A stretch of DNA of 64,000 nt from Chromatiales bacterium (GTDB lineage Bacteria > Pseudomonadota > Gammaproteobacteria > Chromatiales > Chromatiaceae). Position 1 is the stretch's first letter. Each line of letters begins with the position of its first letter. Both the position numbers and the translations under genes were made by a program. Below, piece after piece: positions 48,183 through 58,600 of the stretch. Location: contig JASFVP010000005.1 of NCBI GenBank assembly GCA_050049775.1, positions 32,896-96,895 on the forward strand, in the 5' to 3' direction. Below the pieces are notes generated by a model that saw only the letters and a list, made by a program, of their open reading frames with translations, was not told the DNA's origin and ran no database searches.

Positions 48183-48380
48183 TCAGTTCATATCAGGTTT
48201 TGTCTCATCGCAGAGGTTGCACAGGGTCATGCTGTGTTTGCCCGGCAGATGCTTGAAATACAGGCGCACGAGTACGTCCTGCCTCACTTGCAAGGCAGCA
48301 AACGTATCAATGTTGTAGTTCGCTATGGATGGCACTGTTGGCTCCTGTAAAAAATAAAAGAAAGGTTTCCCTCTCAACAT
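48183..48380 (-). CDS. Hypothetical small protein (65 aa), divergent from the XRE regulator
   Basis: ORF only; the cro/cI-like divergent arrangement with the downstream HTH regulator is the main support. Confidence 0.3.
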   Translation of the reverse strand: MLRGKPFFYFLQEPTVPSIANYNIDTFAALQVRQDVLVRLYFKHLPGKHSMTLCNLCDETKPDMN

Positions 48381-48410
48381 GGCGGGGAAGTATAATTAGC
48401 GAACCAGAAA

Positions 48411-49055
48411 ATGCAAGAAAGAATTTTGCAAATGACAAAAAAAAATTCAGGTGTATCGAGACAGAAAGATCCGGTGGCGGTCAAGATCGGCAAGCGCATT
48501 GCCCAGGCGCGCAAGATGTCCGGCTTCAAGACGGCACGCGAATTTCGTCGCAAGCTGCCGCGCTGGCCGGAGAACCGGCTGTCCTGGTATGAAGCCGGTT
48601 ACTCGATGCCGCACCCCAATGATGTTGAAACCATTGCCAGACTGACCGGGACTTCGGCCTGCTGGATCATGTTCGGACTTGGACCGATCCGTTCCGGTGA
48701 ACGAGACCTGCAAGCCGTACGCCATCAGAACCTGGTGTACCTGTTTCAACAGGCCAGCGACGATTCCGCACAAAGCGGCACGGATTTCTTGCTGGCATTA
48801 AAGCTTGAAGCCGGACAGCTGGCTGAATACATCGATAACCCTTTCAAGCACATTGGTGAACGCCTGGCGCGAAGTATTGAAAAGGCTGCCGGCCGTTCGC
48901 GTAAATGGCTGGATGAGCAGCATGTCGAGTCCGATGGACTCTGTGGTTCCTTTCCGGATGATTTGCGTGAACTTATGACCATTTACTCAGAGATGGATGA
49001 CAAGGGGCGGGACATGCTGGTGGCGATGGCTCGCACATTGGCGGAACGCATCTAG
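48411..49055 (+). CDS. XRE-family (cI-like) HTH transcriptional regulator
   Basis: N-terminal HTH_XRE-like VKIGKRIAQARKMSGFKTAREFRRKL plus a C-terminal domain; 214 aa. Confidence 0.65.
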   Translation: MQERILQMTKKNSGVSRQKDPVAVKIGKRIAQARKMSGFKTAREFRRKLPRWPENRLSWYEAGYSMPHPNDVETIARLTGTSACWIMFGLGPIRSGERDLQAVRHQNLVYLFQQASDDSAQSGTDFLLALKLEAGQLAEYIDNPFKHIGERLARSIEKAAGRSRKWLDEQHVESDGLCGSFPDDLRELMTIYSEMDDKGRDMLVAMARTLAERI

Positions 49056-49086
49056 CAATCTGTCTCAAGATGTTTCAGTCCCACGT

Positions 49087-50154
49087 TCAGAATGCTTCTG
49101 CGACTTTGGGAAAACAACTGACTGTCCCTGCTTGTAAACTTACCCGGATCTCATCCTCCACATCGAAACGTTGGAAATTCGGCCATAAGGCCAGAATGGT
49201 TTCATTTACCAGATCATCGGTTTTCATTTCCAGCGTATAAAGTAATTGTGCCCCCTTGAAAGCACGTTGTTTCACTTTGACTGGAATATTTCCCTCGCTG
49301 TCCAGGCGCACATGTTCGGCGCGAATTAACACATCTACTTTGGTGCCAGCTTCAAACTGGTCTGTCTCTGCGCAGGTCAACATGCCAAGCCTGGTGGTCA
49401 CGAGGCCGTTATCCCGCATGATGCCGGTCACCAGTTTGCCCTTGCCGAGAAATTCAGCGGTAAAGCGATGTCTGGGATGGTGATAAAGATCATAGGGGGA
49501 ATCGGACTGGACGATGCTGCCCTGATGCATCAGATTGACCTTGTCAGACAATGTAAGCGCTTCGTTCTGGTCATGCGTTACCAGCACGGCAGTGACGTTC
49601 TCCTGTTTGAGAATCTGGCGAACCTCACTGGCAAGACTTCCACGCAACGCCGAATCCAGATTGGAAAAAGGTTCATCGAGCAATAGCAGATCCGGGCGCG
49701 GCGCCATTGCCCTGGCCAACGCAACACGCTGTTGCTGGCCACCGGAAAGTTCATGCGGGTATCGGTGTAACAGTGGTTGCAGTTTGACCAGGTTGGCGAG
49801 ATGTTGCAGGCGCTGTTGTTGTCTGAACAGCGGCCAGCGCCGGATGCCGAATACAATATTGCTTTTGACATCCAGGTGCGGAAACAGCGCATATTCCTGA
49901 AACACCATGCCGGTGGAACGTTTTTCGGTGGCGATGTCTTTGGCGGGACTGGCGACCAGTTGGTCGCGAATCCGGATACTGCCTTTGCGCACCGGAACAA
50001 AGCCGGCAATCGTGCGCAGCAAGGTGCTTTTACCGCAGCCACTGGGTCCAAGCAGGCTGATGATTTCGCCCGTATGCGCTTGCAGTGACAGGTTGCGGAT
50101 GATGCTCACATCGTCGTAACCGGCCTCAATGTCGTCAACGTAGAGGATTGCCAT
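49087..50154 (-). CDS. ABC transporter ATP-binding protein (PotA/FbpC-like, with C-terminal TOBE/MOP domain); no cognate permease in the window
   Basis: Walker A GPSGCGKST, signature LSGGQQQRVALARA, Walker B LLLDEP, C-terminal TOBE-like beta domain. Downstream of tonB in the same orientation. Confidence 0.8.
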   Translation of the reverse strand: MAILYVDDIEAGYDDVSIIRNLSLQAHTGEIISLLGPSGCGKSTLLRTIAGFVPVRKGSIRIRDQLVASPAKDIATEKRSTGMVFQEYALFPHLDVKSNIVFGIRRWPLFRQQQRLQHLANLVKLQPLLHRYPHELSGGQQQRVALARAMAPRPDLLLLDEPFSNLDSALRGSLASEVRQILKQENVTAVLVTHDQNEALTLSDKVNLMHQGSIVQSDSPYDLYHHPRHRFTAEFLGKGKLVTGIMRDNGLVTTRLGMLTCAETDQFEAGTKVDVLIRAEHVRLDSEGNIPVKVKQRAFKGAQLLYTLEMKTDDLVNETILALWPNFQRFDVEDEIRVSLQAGTVSCFPKVAEAF

Positions 50155-50166
50155 TTGTCTTCAGCT

Positions 50167-51057
50167 TTAGCGGGTATAGATGTTGAATGCGACCGGTACG
50201 GTGAATTCCATGGTCTGCATCGACAGGCTGTCGGGTATGGCGGGTAATGGCGATGCGCGCCGCAACATGGCCTGGACTTCCCGGTCGAGCATGGCATGGC
50301 CGGTGCCCTGGCGCAGCTCGTGTGCAATGACCTGGCCGTTGCTGTCGAGTTTGATATAAAGCAAGGCTTCACCTTGCATGCGCCTGCGTATCGCCCGTTC
50401 GGGATAACGTTTGTGTTGCTCCAGCCAGGCGCGCAGGGTTGCGTGATAACTTTGTTGCACGGATGGATCAGCCGTACCTGTGCCGCTTCCCGGACGTGAT
50501 GTGCCGCCGTTGCCTGGGCCGGGCAGACCGGGTGCTGCATTGGTCAGTGTGGTCGCCTCTGTGGCAGGCTGGCTCGTTGCAGTGACGCTGGTGTTGGCTG
50601 TAGCCTTGTTGTTAGCCTGTGGTGCCGGCGTGGTCGGCCGGGCCTCGACCTTGGCAGCTTTTTGGGGCTTTGGCTTTGGTTTGGGTCGGGCCTTTGGCTC
50701 GGGTTCCGGTTTGACAGTAACGGGCGTTGCTGTTTGTGCGACAAGTTCTTCTACAACGGGCTCCGGCGTCTCCACGGTCGGTTCGCTCTCTACTGGCACG
50801 GCCGGTTCTTCTGCTTCGACTGCCAGCGGCTCGGGCTGCTCTGTGACCATCGTGTTTGCAGCAGTTTTGTCTTCGGCCGGCCCCATGATTTCGGCGCTTG
50901 CAAAAGCCACGCGTAATGAGCCGCCACCACCGCCACCGCCACTACTTCCAGCCGCGGTCTCCGATGAGCGCGCCGACAACAACAGAAGCAGGGCGATGCT
51001 GTGAATCACCAGGGCGAGCAGGGTGCTGGTCAACCAGTTGATGCGTTTTGCCGTCAT
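50167..51057 (-). CDS. tonB: TonB energy transducer
   Basis: N-terminal TM anchor, Pro/Glu/Lys-rich spacer (PEPEPKARPKPKPKP), C-terminal TonB domain (YPERAIRRRMQGEALLYIKLDSNGQV). Confidence 0.75.
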   Translation of the reverse strand: MTAKRINWLTSTLLALVIHSIALLLLLSARSSETAAGSSGGGGGGGSLRVAFASAEIMGPAEDKTAANTMVTEQPEPLAVEAEEPAVPVESEPTVETPEPVVEELVAQTATPVTVKPEPEPKARPKPKPKPQKAAKVEARPTTPAPQANNKATANTSVTATSQPATEATTLTNAAPGLPGPGNGGTSRPGSGTGTADPSVQQSYHATLRAWLEQHKRYPERAIRRRMQGEALLYIKLDSNGQVIAHELRQGTGHAMLDREVQAMLRRASPLPAIPDSLSMQTMEFTVPVAFNIYTR

Positions 51058-51458
51058 GACTTGCTTTGTGCGAGCAGTTCCACTTGCCTGATGTCAGACT
51101 GGCGGAATTTTTGTAACAGCTTGACCAGCTCCAGTGCAGGCGCATTGGCATCGGCCTTGATGATAAGGTTGCGGTCTTCGCTGTGAGCATCACTCGACAG
51201 CAGTTTGTTGACCAGACTGTCTATGTCATACGACTCACCCTGATAGACAAGCCTGCCCTGTGCATCCAGATAGATCAGGTCGTCCTGCACCTTGTCCTGG
51301 TCTGCGGCAATGACAGAGACAGGTGGCTGGATGTCGACCGGGTCATTTGGCGTCAGTTTTACCGTGATCATGAAAAAGATCAGCAACAGGAAAATGATGT
51401 TGATCAGCGGAATGATGTTTTCGCTGTTTTCCCGGCGTTTGGGTGTCTGCAGTTTCAT
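51054..51458 (-). CDS. exbD: Biopolymer transport protein ExbD/TolR
   Basis: 134 aa; single TM and ExbD periplasmic domain. Confidence 0.8.
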   Translation of the reverse strand: MKLQTPKRRENSENIIPLINIIFLLLIFFMITVKLTPNDPVDIQPPVSVIAADQDKVQDDLIYLDAQGRLVYQGESYDIDSLVNKLLSSDAHSEDRNLIIKADANAPALELVKLLQKFRQSDIRQVELLAQSKS

Positions 51459-51841
51459 TGGATCAGGGTAACCGCGGCCGCGCCGGCTGCTTCCAGCTTG
51501 TCCATGACTTCCACCAGTCGTTGCAATGCCACCTGCCGGTCCGGCTTGAGCAGGATCTGCATGTCCGGATGATCGAGCATCTGCTGTTGCAATTCCTGCT
51601 GCAAGCCAGGCGTGTCCAGCTCACGACCGTTGTAGTGAATCGTTTGCGGGCTGATCGTCAGCAATACGGTCTTGTGCTCGACAGACCTGCTTTTACCTTC
51701 GTTTACACTGTGCAAAGACAGGTGGCGCCATTCCATGAAATTCGATGAGATCATGAAAAATACCAACAGGATGAACACCACATCGATGAGTGGCGTCAGG
51801 CTGATCAGGCGCCTTGGCTTGCGAGTCTGGCCGAGCTGCAT
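51455..51841 (-). CDS. exbD: Biopolymer transport protein ExbD/TolR (second copy)
   Basis: 128 aa paralogue immediately upstream; LISLTPLIDVVFILLVFFM motif. Confidence 0.8.
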   Translation of the reverse strand: MQLGQTRKPRRLISLTPLIDVVFILLVFFMISSNFMEWRHLSLHSVNEGKSRSVEHKTVLLTISPQTIHYNGRELDTPGLQQELQQQMLDHPDMQILLKPDRQVALQRLVEVMDKLEAAGAAAVTLIQ

Positions 51842-52524
51842 GTCATCTCCTCAGTCTGCTCAGTGTTGGCATAGAGCGGGTAGGTGAACATCAGGGTGAC
51901 GACATCTTCGGTCTGACGGCCGAAACGCTCGACACGCGCTTCCAGCCAGTTGATTGCCATCACTGCCGGAATGCCGACCGCCAGGCCGGCCGCTGTGGTG
52001 AGCAGCGCCACCCAGATACCGCCCGACAGCTGGCCGACATCCACGTTGTTACCGGCCAGTTCGAGCTGGTGAAAGGCGTCGATGATACCGAGCACGGTGC
52101 CAAACAGACCGAGCAGGGGACTGAGCGAGGCAATTACCTCAATGATGCGCAAATGGCTTTGCAAACCGGCAATGACACGGCTGGCCAGACGCTGTACTTC
52201 CTCACGCAGCATTTCCTGTGGCTGCTTGTTCTGCTGGCCGCGCATGATGGTGGCGATGATGTTACCTGCCGGGTTGCGGGTTTTTGTCAGATGCATTTGC
52301 GCAGCCTGCCACTGGCGTTCGCGCCATGCGTCGATGGCCTGTTCGATTGCAGTGAAAGAATGCAGGCCGGCAAAGTAGAACTGAAACAGTTTCATCAAAA
52401 ATACTGTCATGCCGGTAATGGACATGGCCAGCAGGATGAACATCACAGGACCGCCGGATTCCATGGTTTTCATGAACAACATATAAAGGCTGTTGTGTTG
52501 ATCGAATGTCATGCTGTCAGGCAT
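51805..52524 (-). CDS. exbB: MotA/TolQ/ExbB proton-channel protein ExbB
   Basis: 239 aa with three TM helices, ExbB-like; GGGAGA RBS upstream of the start. Confidence 0.8.
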   Translation of the reverse strand: MPDSMTFDQHNSLYMLFMKTMESGGPVMFILLAMSITGMTVFLMKLFQFYFAGLHSFTAIEQAIDAWRERQWQAAQMHLTKTRNPAGNIIATIMRGQQNKQPQEMLREEVQRLASRVIAGLQSHLRIIEVIASLSPLLGLFGTVLGIIDAFHQLELAGNNVDVGQLSGGIWVALLTTAAGLAVGIPAVMAINWLEARVERFGRQTEDVVTLMFTYPLYANTEQTEEMTCSSARLASQGA

Positions 52525-52671
52525 CGATGATCTCCCGTGTGAGTGTTGTGCGACACATCATTATATGTACGCAAAAATTAATACAAATGATAATAATTAT
52601 CGTTTGCATATTATACGTCGCTTATGTATATTGCAAGCCCCCTGTGGTTGGACTTGAAGTGAGGTTTAAGA

Positions 52672-54627
52672 ATGCAAACAAAAGCAACGCCATCCTGGCG
52701 ACTGTTCAGGAAGACCAGTCCGCTGTTAACCGCCAGTGTGCTGCTGGCCCTGAATCCGGCCCATGGGGCTGAACAACGACTGAACCCGATCCAGGTGTCG
52801 GTAACCAAAGTGCAGATGGCGCCGGAAGATGTCGCGGCATCCATCAGCATCGTTACCGCCGAGGAGATCCGCGAGTCCGGTGCCGGGGATGTGTTCGAGG
52901 CCATCCGTCGTACCACCGGCGTGACGGTCGGCGCCAATGGCAGTTCAATTGCCGGGCGCAAGTCAATCCAGATTCGCGGCATGAACAGCGAACACGTCCT
53001 GATGCTGGTCGATGGCAAACGCCTGACCAATACCGATTCGCAGATCAGTCATTCCAATTTCCAGCTCAATGCCATTCCCATCGACAGTATCGACCACATT
53101 GAAATCGTACGCGGTCCGATGTCGAGCCTGTACGGCTCGGCCGGCATGGCCGGTGTGATCAATGTTGTCACCAAACAGGCTGGTAAAAGCTGGCGTTCGG
53201 CAATAGATGTTTATTACGGCGAAATCGATAAGGGTGACGGCGGCGAAGAGACAAAAGTCTCTTTTACCACCAGTGGTCCACTGGCGGAGCACGTTGGCCT
53301 GCGTCTTGCCGTCGAGGCTTCGGATACCGAAGTGACACCGGACAAGGACGGTGATCCGGCCGAAGTCGAAGTGGAAGGCCAGGAGATTGAAGCCATCAGT
53401 GTCGGGCTCAATTTTGAAATCAGTCCGCAGCACCGACTTAGTGTGGATGTTGACGAAAGCCGTGAAGACCGGCTGTTGCTGAATCCGTATTACGACATTG
53501 CCCGGCATCTCTACGCGCTCGGTTACAAGGGTGAAGTGGCCGGCATGAGTGTGGATGCCAAATTGTATGAAAGTTATACCGACAGTTATTACGTCGCCAG
53601 CAGTTCACCCTACTATCATTATCTCACCGATACGGTATTTTCCGTTGATGTGGTCAAGCAGCTTAACGACATGAACCGTGTGGTTGTCGGTGGTGAAGTG
53701 CGCAATGAAAAATACGATAAGGACTATGATTCACCGTCAAAAACTGACTTCAAGGATGAGATTGATTATTTCTCATTGTTTGCTCAGGACGATATCTCGT
53801 TGCTGGACGACCGCCTGGGTGTGACCGCCGGATTACGTTATGACGACCATGACCGCTTTGGCGATGAGCTGAGTCCGAAACTGTATCTCGACTACCAACT
53901 CAATGACCTGCACAGCATTGCCGCCGGTTACGGGCATGGCTTCAAGGCGCCGACGGTAACCCAGGCATCAGATACCTATTCGGTATCACACGGCCCGACG
54001 ACCAGATACATCGGCAACTCGTCATTGCAGCCGGAAACCTCTGACAGCTATGAAGTATCCTGGACCTACGACAGCGGCCGTACGCGCACACGTACCACAC
54101 TGTTCTACAACGATATCGAAAACCTCATCGACAGCACCAAAATCGGCGGTACCGGCACGGTCATCGACCCGAATATTTTCCAGTACAGCAATGTGCATAC
54201 CGCCAGTACACGTGGCCTTGAGTTTGAAGTCAGTCATCCGTTGAGCAGAAACCTGGATTTCAGCGCCAACTATACCTTTATGCGCACCGAAGACGGCGAG
54301 AACAACAACAAGGAGTTGCGTAACCGCCCCAGGCATTTCGGCAACGTGCAACTGCGCCACCATTACGGCCCCTGGGATCTGGACACCATTTTCAACTGGG
54401 AATACATCGGCACCCAGTACATGGGTACGGGCGAAACCGATCCGGTGCCGGCCTATTCATTGCTTGACCTGACGTTTGTCAAGGCGGTCACCAAGTCACT
54501 CGAGGTGAGGACCGGCATCACCAACATCACCGATGTGCGTCTTGATGATGAGAGTCCCAACTTTGACGAGGAAGAGGAACGCGGACGTTTTTATTTCGTC
54601 GGTCTGCGTAAAACCTTCGGCGACTAA
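52672..54627 (+). CDS. TonB-dependent outer-membrane receptor (BtuB-sized, 651 aa)
   Basis: Signal peptide, N-terminal plug with TonB-box region, 22-strand barrel, C-terminal RFYFVGLRKTF ending in aromatic residue. Divergent from the tonB-exbBD operon. Confidence 0.85.
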   Translation: MQTKATPSWRLFRKTSPLLTASVLLALNPAHGAEQRLNPIQVSVTKVQMAPEDVAASISIVTAEEIRESGAGDVFEAIRRTTGVTVGANGSSIAGRKSIQIRGMNSEHVLMLVDGKRLTNTDSQISHSNFQLNAIPIDSIDHIEIVRGPMSSLYGSAGMAGVINVVTKQAGKSWRSAIDVYYGEIDKGDGGEETKVSFTTSGPLAEHVGLRLAVEASDTEVTPDKDGDPAEVEVEGQEIEAISVGLNFEISPQHRLSVDVDESREDRLLLNPYYDIARHLYALGYKGEVAGMSVDAKLYESYTDSYYVASSSPYYHYLTDTVFSVDVVKQLNDMNRVVVGGEVRNEKYDKDYDSPSKTDFKDEIDYFSLFAQDDISLLDDRLGVTAGLRYDDHDRFGDELSPKLYLDYQLNDLHSIAAGYGHGFKAPTVTQASDTYSVSHGPTTRYIGNSSLQPETSDSYEVSWTYDSGRTRTRTTLFYNDIENLIDSTKIGGTGTVIDPNIFQYSNVHTASTRGLEFEVSHPLSRNLDFSANYTFMRTEDGENNNKELRNRPRHFGNVQLRHHYGPWDLDTIFNWEYIGTQYMGTGETDPVPAYSLLDLTFVKAVTKSLEVRTGITNITDVRLDDESPNFDEEEERGRFYFVGLRKTFGD

Positions 54628-54727
54628 TGTCTGGCCTGGCGCGGCCTGCCTGAGCAGGCTGCGCGCTACTTGCCAGTGAAGGCACGCCGGGTATCGCAGG
54701 CGTGCGGTTAAAAACCAGGAGAAAACC

Positions 54728-55339
54728 ATGTCTCTCGACAGTTATCTTTACGAACTTTCCAATCTGTTTTTGTTGCCGGTGCAAATCGGTGTGGTGCTGC
54801 TGTTTGTATTTTCGCTGTATTCGCTCGGTGCATTCACTACGCTTTACGCCCAGCGCAACTGGACACAGAAGCGCCTGCAATCGCTGGCGTCACTTGACGA
54901 TATGGCCAGACTGAAAGGTTATTCCATGCTCAACCTGCTGGCGGCACGTCCCGATGCCAGTCGCGAAGACATGGAACTGGCGGCGCTCAAGGAACTCGAC
55001 TACCTGCGCATCACCACGCGCATCGCTCCGATGCTCGGTCTGGTTGCCACCATGATTCCCATGGGGCCGGCGCTCAAGTCACTGGCCAACGGCAATGTGC
55101 AGGGCATCAGCGAAAATCTCATCATCGCGTTTACTGCCGTGATTTTTGCGCTGTTGGCGGCCAGCATCACCTTCTGGATTGCCAGCGTGCGCAAGCAGTG
55201 GCTGGCGCACGACATTCGCTTTGCCGAGGACTGGCGCGACAACAACGCCCGGCATTTCGAGGCGGTGCAGCTGGACTACCGTTTGCAGCCGGGCGATACC
55301 GGCCACACAGAAGAAGAGGTGGCCAGCCGTGTTGCTTGA
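54728..55339 (+). CDS. MotA/TolQ/ExbB-family proton channel protein (short form)
   Basis: 203 aa with three TM helices, MotA_ExbB-like C-terminal half; immediately downstream of the TBDR. Confidence 0.65.
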   Translation: MSLDSYLYELSNLFLLPVQIGVVLLFVFSLYSLGAFTTLYAQRNWTQKRLQSLASLDDMARLKGYSMLNLLAARPDASREDMELAALKELDYLRITTRIAPMLGLVATMIPMGPALKSLANGNVQGISENLIIAFTAVIFALLAASITFWIASVRKQWLAHDIRFAEDWRDNNARHFEAVQLDYRLQPGDTGHTEEEVASRVA

Positions 55340-55664
55340 AGAAGACGAATCCTTTAACCCGATGCTGTCGGTGGTCAACCTGGTTGACCTGTTCCTCGTC
55401 ATCATCGCGGCATTACTGATTTTTATTGCCCAGAATCCGCTCAACCCGTTGCAGGATGAAGACGTCGTGGTGATCAAAAATCCCGGCAAGGCCGACATGC
55501 AGATGATCATCAAAAAGGGTGAAAAAATCGAAAAATACGAATCCAGCGGCAACATCGGCCAGGGCAATGGCATCAAGGCCGGTGTTGCGTACCGCATGGA
55601 GGACGGCTCCATGGTGTATGTACCGGAAGGCGAGGCAGATACCGTGCAGGAGGTGTCACAATGA
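55329..55664 (+). CDS. DUF2149-like small membrane protein (candidate ExbD analogue)
   Basis: About 111 aa with a single N-terminal TM (NPMLSVVNLVDLFLVIIAALLIF). GTG start overlaps the previous stop; an ATG at 55362 is the alternative. The MotA/ExbB + DUF2149 + CobN context is recalled from other genomes. Confidence 0.5.
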   Translation: MLLEEDESFNPMLSVVNLVDLFLVIIAALLIFIAQNPLNPLQDEDVVVIKNPGKADMQMIIKKGEKIEKYESSGNIGQGNGIKAGVAYRMEDGSMVYVPEGEADTVQEVSQ

Positions 55665-58600
55665 ACAAGCGCATGCTTCAACTGCTCACGATGCTGGCAG
55701 CCGCCGTGCTGGCCGGGGCGTCGCTGGCCGCAGGCCAGAATTATTATTATGCGACACCCGGCTGGGGGGCACCGGCATTCTCGCCGGCATACCAGCCGAT
55801 GTATCCGCCGACACCGCCGGGTTACCAGTCGTTCAACCGGAGCGAGGTGCCGTCGGCGGTGGTCGCGCCGACCGGCAATGCCGGCAAGCCGGTGCCTACC
55901 CAAACTATCGCCGAGCCGTTACCAGAAATCGGCCAGGGCGCGGGAAAAATCATGATGCTGACCATGGGTCACGGCAATCCCGCCAGAACACACTTGCTGA
56001 CCACGCTGGCGGCGGAGCAGGGACTGCAGTTGCAGCATGTCGACATGAAAAGCCACGACAAGCAGACCACGCTTGCGGATATTGTCGATGGCTACCAGTT
56101 GTTGTTACTGGATTCGGTCAGCGCCAAACAGACCGAGAAAAACTTCGCTGACCTGGTGCCACAGATCTGGCAGTTGCAACTGCCGGTGAAAATCATGGCG
56201 CTGCGCTGGCCCGAAGGCGAGGCGATGCGCAAGCACATTGACCTGGCTCAGGCACAGGAAATACAACGCTACTATGTCAACGGTGGACGTGAAAACTTCA
56301 ATCGCATGTTGAGCTATATGCGTGCCGAATTGATGCAGGACAGGAGTGTCACCGAGGTTGCACCGCCAATCATTTATCCCGCCCAGGGGGTTTACCATCC
56401 GGATTACCCGGACAGCATCGCCAACACACCGGATGAATACCTGCAATGGTACAGCGCGCAGAAACTCGGTGGCGAACAGCACCCAGTCGTCGGTATCGTG
56501 ATTCACCGCGACAACCTGGTCAGTGAGAACACCGCGGTCACCGATGACATGATCCACCGCGTCGAGGCCAATGGCGCCATACCGCTGGCGTTTTATTATC
56601 ATTCCGGCCGTGATGCCGGCAAGCTGGCCGACTGGCTGGTCAGCGATGGTAAACCGGTTATCCAGACACTCATCAACACACGTGTGATTCACTGGGCCGA
56701 AGAACAGCGCAAGCTGTTCGAGCAGCTCGGCGTAACCGTGATCAACGCCATCAATTACAGTGGGCCTGAGGAAAAATGGCGTAACGACAATGGCGGCGTG
56801 CCGGCGATGTCGATTCCGTTTTACCTGACCCTGCCGGAGATCGCCGGTGTCGCCGATCCCAAGGTGGTGGCGGCGCGCAATGAAGCCGACGGCCGTTTTT
56901 ACAGCATCGACGAGCAGATCGACCTGGTGGTGCGCAAGGCGGTGCGCCTGGCAAACCTGGCAAGCAAGCCGAACCGCGACAAGAAGGTCGCCATTCTGTA
57001 TTACAACTATCCGCCCGGCGAGCGTAATGCCGGCGCGTCATTCCTCAACGTGCCGCGCAGCGTGGAACACATCACGCAACGCATGAAACAGGCCGGTTAT
57101 CACAACGAAGTGCTGGCAGAGCAGACCATGATCGATGCGGTGGCCACTCTGCAGCGGCCTTATTACCGTGAGGAGGCGCCGGCCACGGTGGTTGACAAGG
57201 GACTGGCGGGCACCTTGCCGCTGAGCGAATACCGCCAATGGTATAGCGGTTTGCCCGAGACAGTGCGACGTGATATTGAACAGGAATGGGGCCAGCCCGA
57301 AGACCATTACCTGGTGGCCGACATCAACGGTGAACAGCAGTTCGTCATACCACTGATGCGCAGTGGCAACCTGCTGGTGCTGCCGCAGCCGCCGCGTGGC
57401 GACAAGAACCAGTACGAGAAAAAGATCTACCACAGCAAAAGTCTGCCGATCAATCATTACTACCTGGCCGCCTATCTGTACCTGCGCAAGCATTTCAAGG
57501 CCGATGCACTGGTGCATCTCGGCACGCACGGCAGCCACGAATGGATGCCGGGCAAGGAGCGCGGTCCCTGGGCGTATGATCCCAGCAGCCTGACCGCCGA
57601 TGATGTGCCGGTCGTGTATCCCTATATTGTCGACGATGTCGGCGAGGCCATGCAGGCCAAGCGTCGCGGGCATGCCGTCATGATCAGCCACATGACACCA
57701 CCGTTCGCACCCAGCGGGCTGTATCGTGAGATCAGCGAAATCCACGAACTCACGCACAACTACCTGTCGGTCGATCCGGGCCTGGTGCGCGAACGCACGC
57801 GCAAACAGCTCATCGAGAAAGTCGCAAGCATGAATATTCCGGCCGATATAGGCTGGCAGGTGGTCGATGTGGAAGCGCGTTTTGATGACTTCCTGAGGGA
57901 ACTGCACGATTACCTGCACGAACTGATGCTCGAAAACCAGCCCCTGGGCATGCATACCTGGGGCAAGCCGGCCGAAGACCGTTTGCTGACCAGCACTGTC
58001 ATGCAGATACTCGGCACCGACTACGCCGATGCCATGATCACCTATGTGAATCAGCAAAGCGGCAGGTCTGCCGAAGATGGCGAGGAACAGGAACACGGTC
58101 AACCGGGTCTGGAAGATTTGGTCGAGGACTACGTCAAGCTCGAAGCCTTGCCAGGCTATCGGCTGTTGTACGCCAGCATTATCGAAAACAAGCCTGCGCC
58201 GGACGATGCCTCCGACAATTTGCGCCAGTTGCTGGTGCGCGGCAAGGACCTGCTGCAACTCATGCGCGGCACGCTGGAAATGGACAGCTTCCTGGCGGCG
58301 CTGGATGGCCGCTATATCGAACCATCGACCGGCGGCGACCCGATCCGTAATGACGAAAGCCTGCCGAGCGGACGTAACCTGTACGGCTTCGATCCGTCGC
58401 GCCTGCCGACCAAGGCAGCCTGGGAAACCGGCAAACAGCTGACCGCTGACCTGATCAACGACTACAGCGCCAAGCACGGCCGCTATCCGGAAAAGATGGC
58501 GTTTTCCTTGTGGTCGATCGAAGCCATGCGTCACCACGGTGTGCTCGAATCGCAGGCTTTGTACGCCATGGGCCTGCGGCCGGTATGGGAGGAAAGTGGC

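Noticed and set aside
55146-55328. N-terminal part of the track ORF 55146..55664
   Set aside because: It overlaps the MotA/ExbB-like gene in another frame and translates to Pro/Ser/Arg-rich noise. The DUF2149-like homology starts at the GTG/ATG near 55329-55362.
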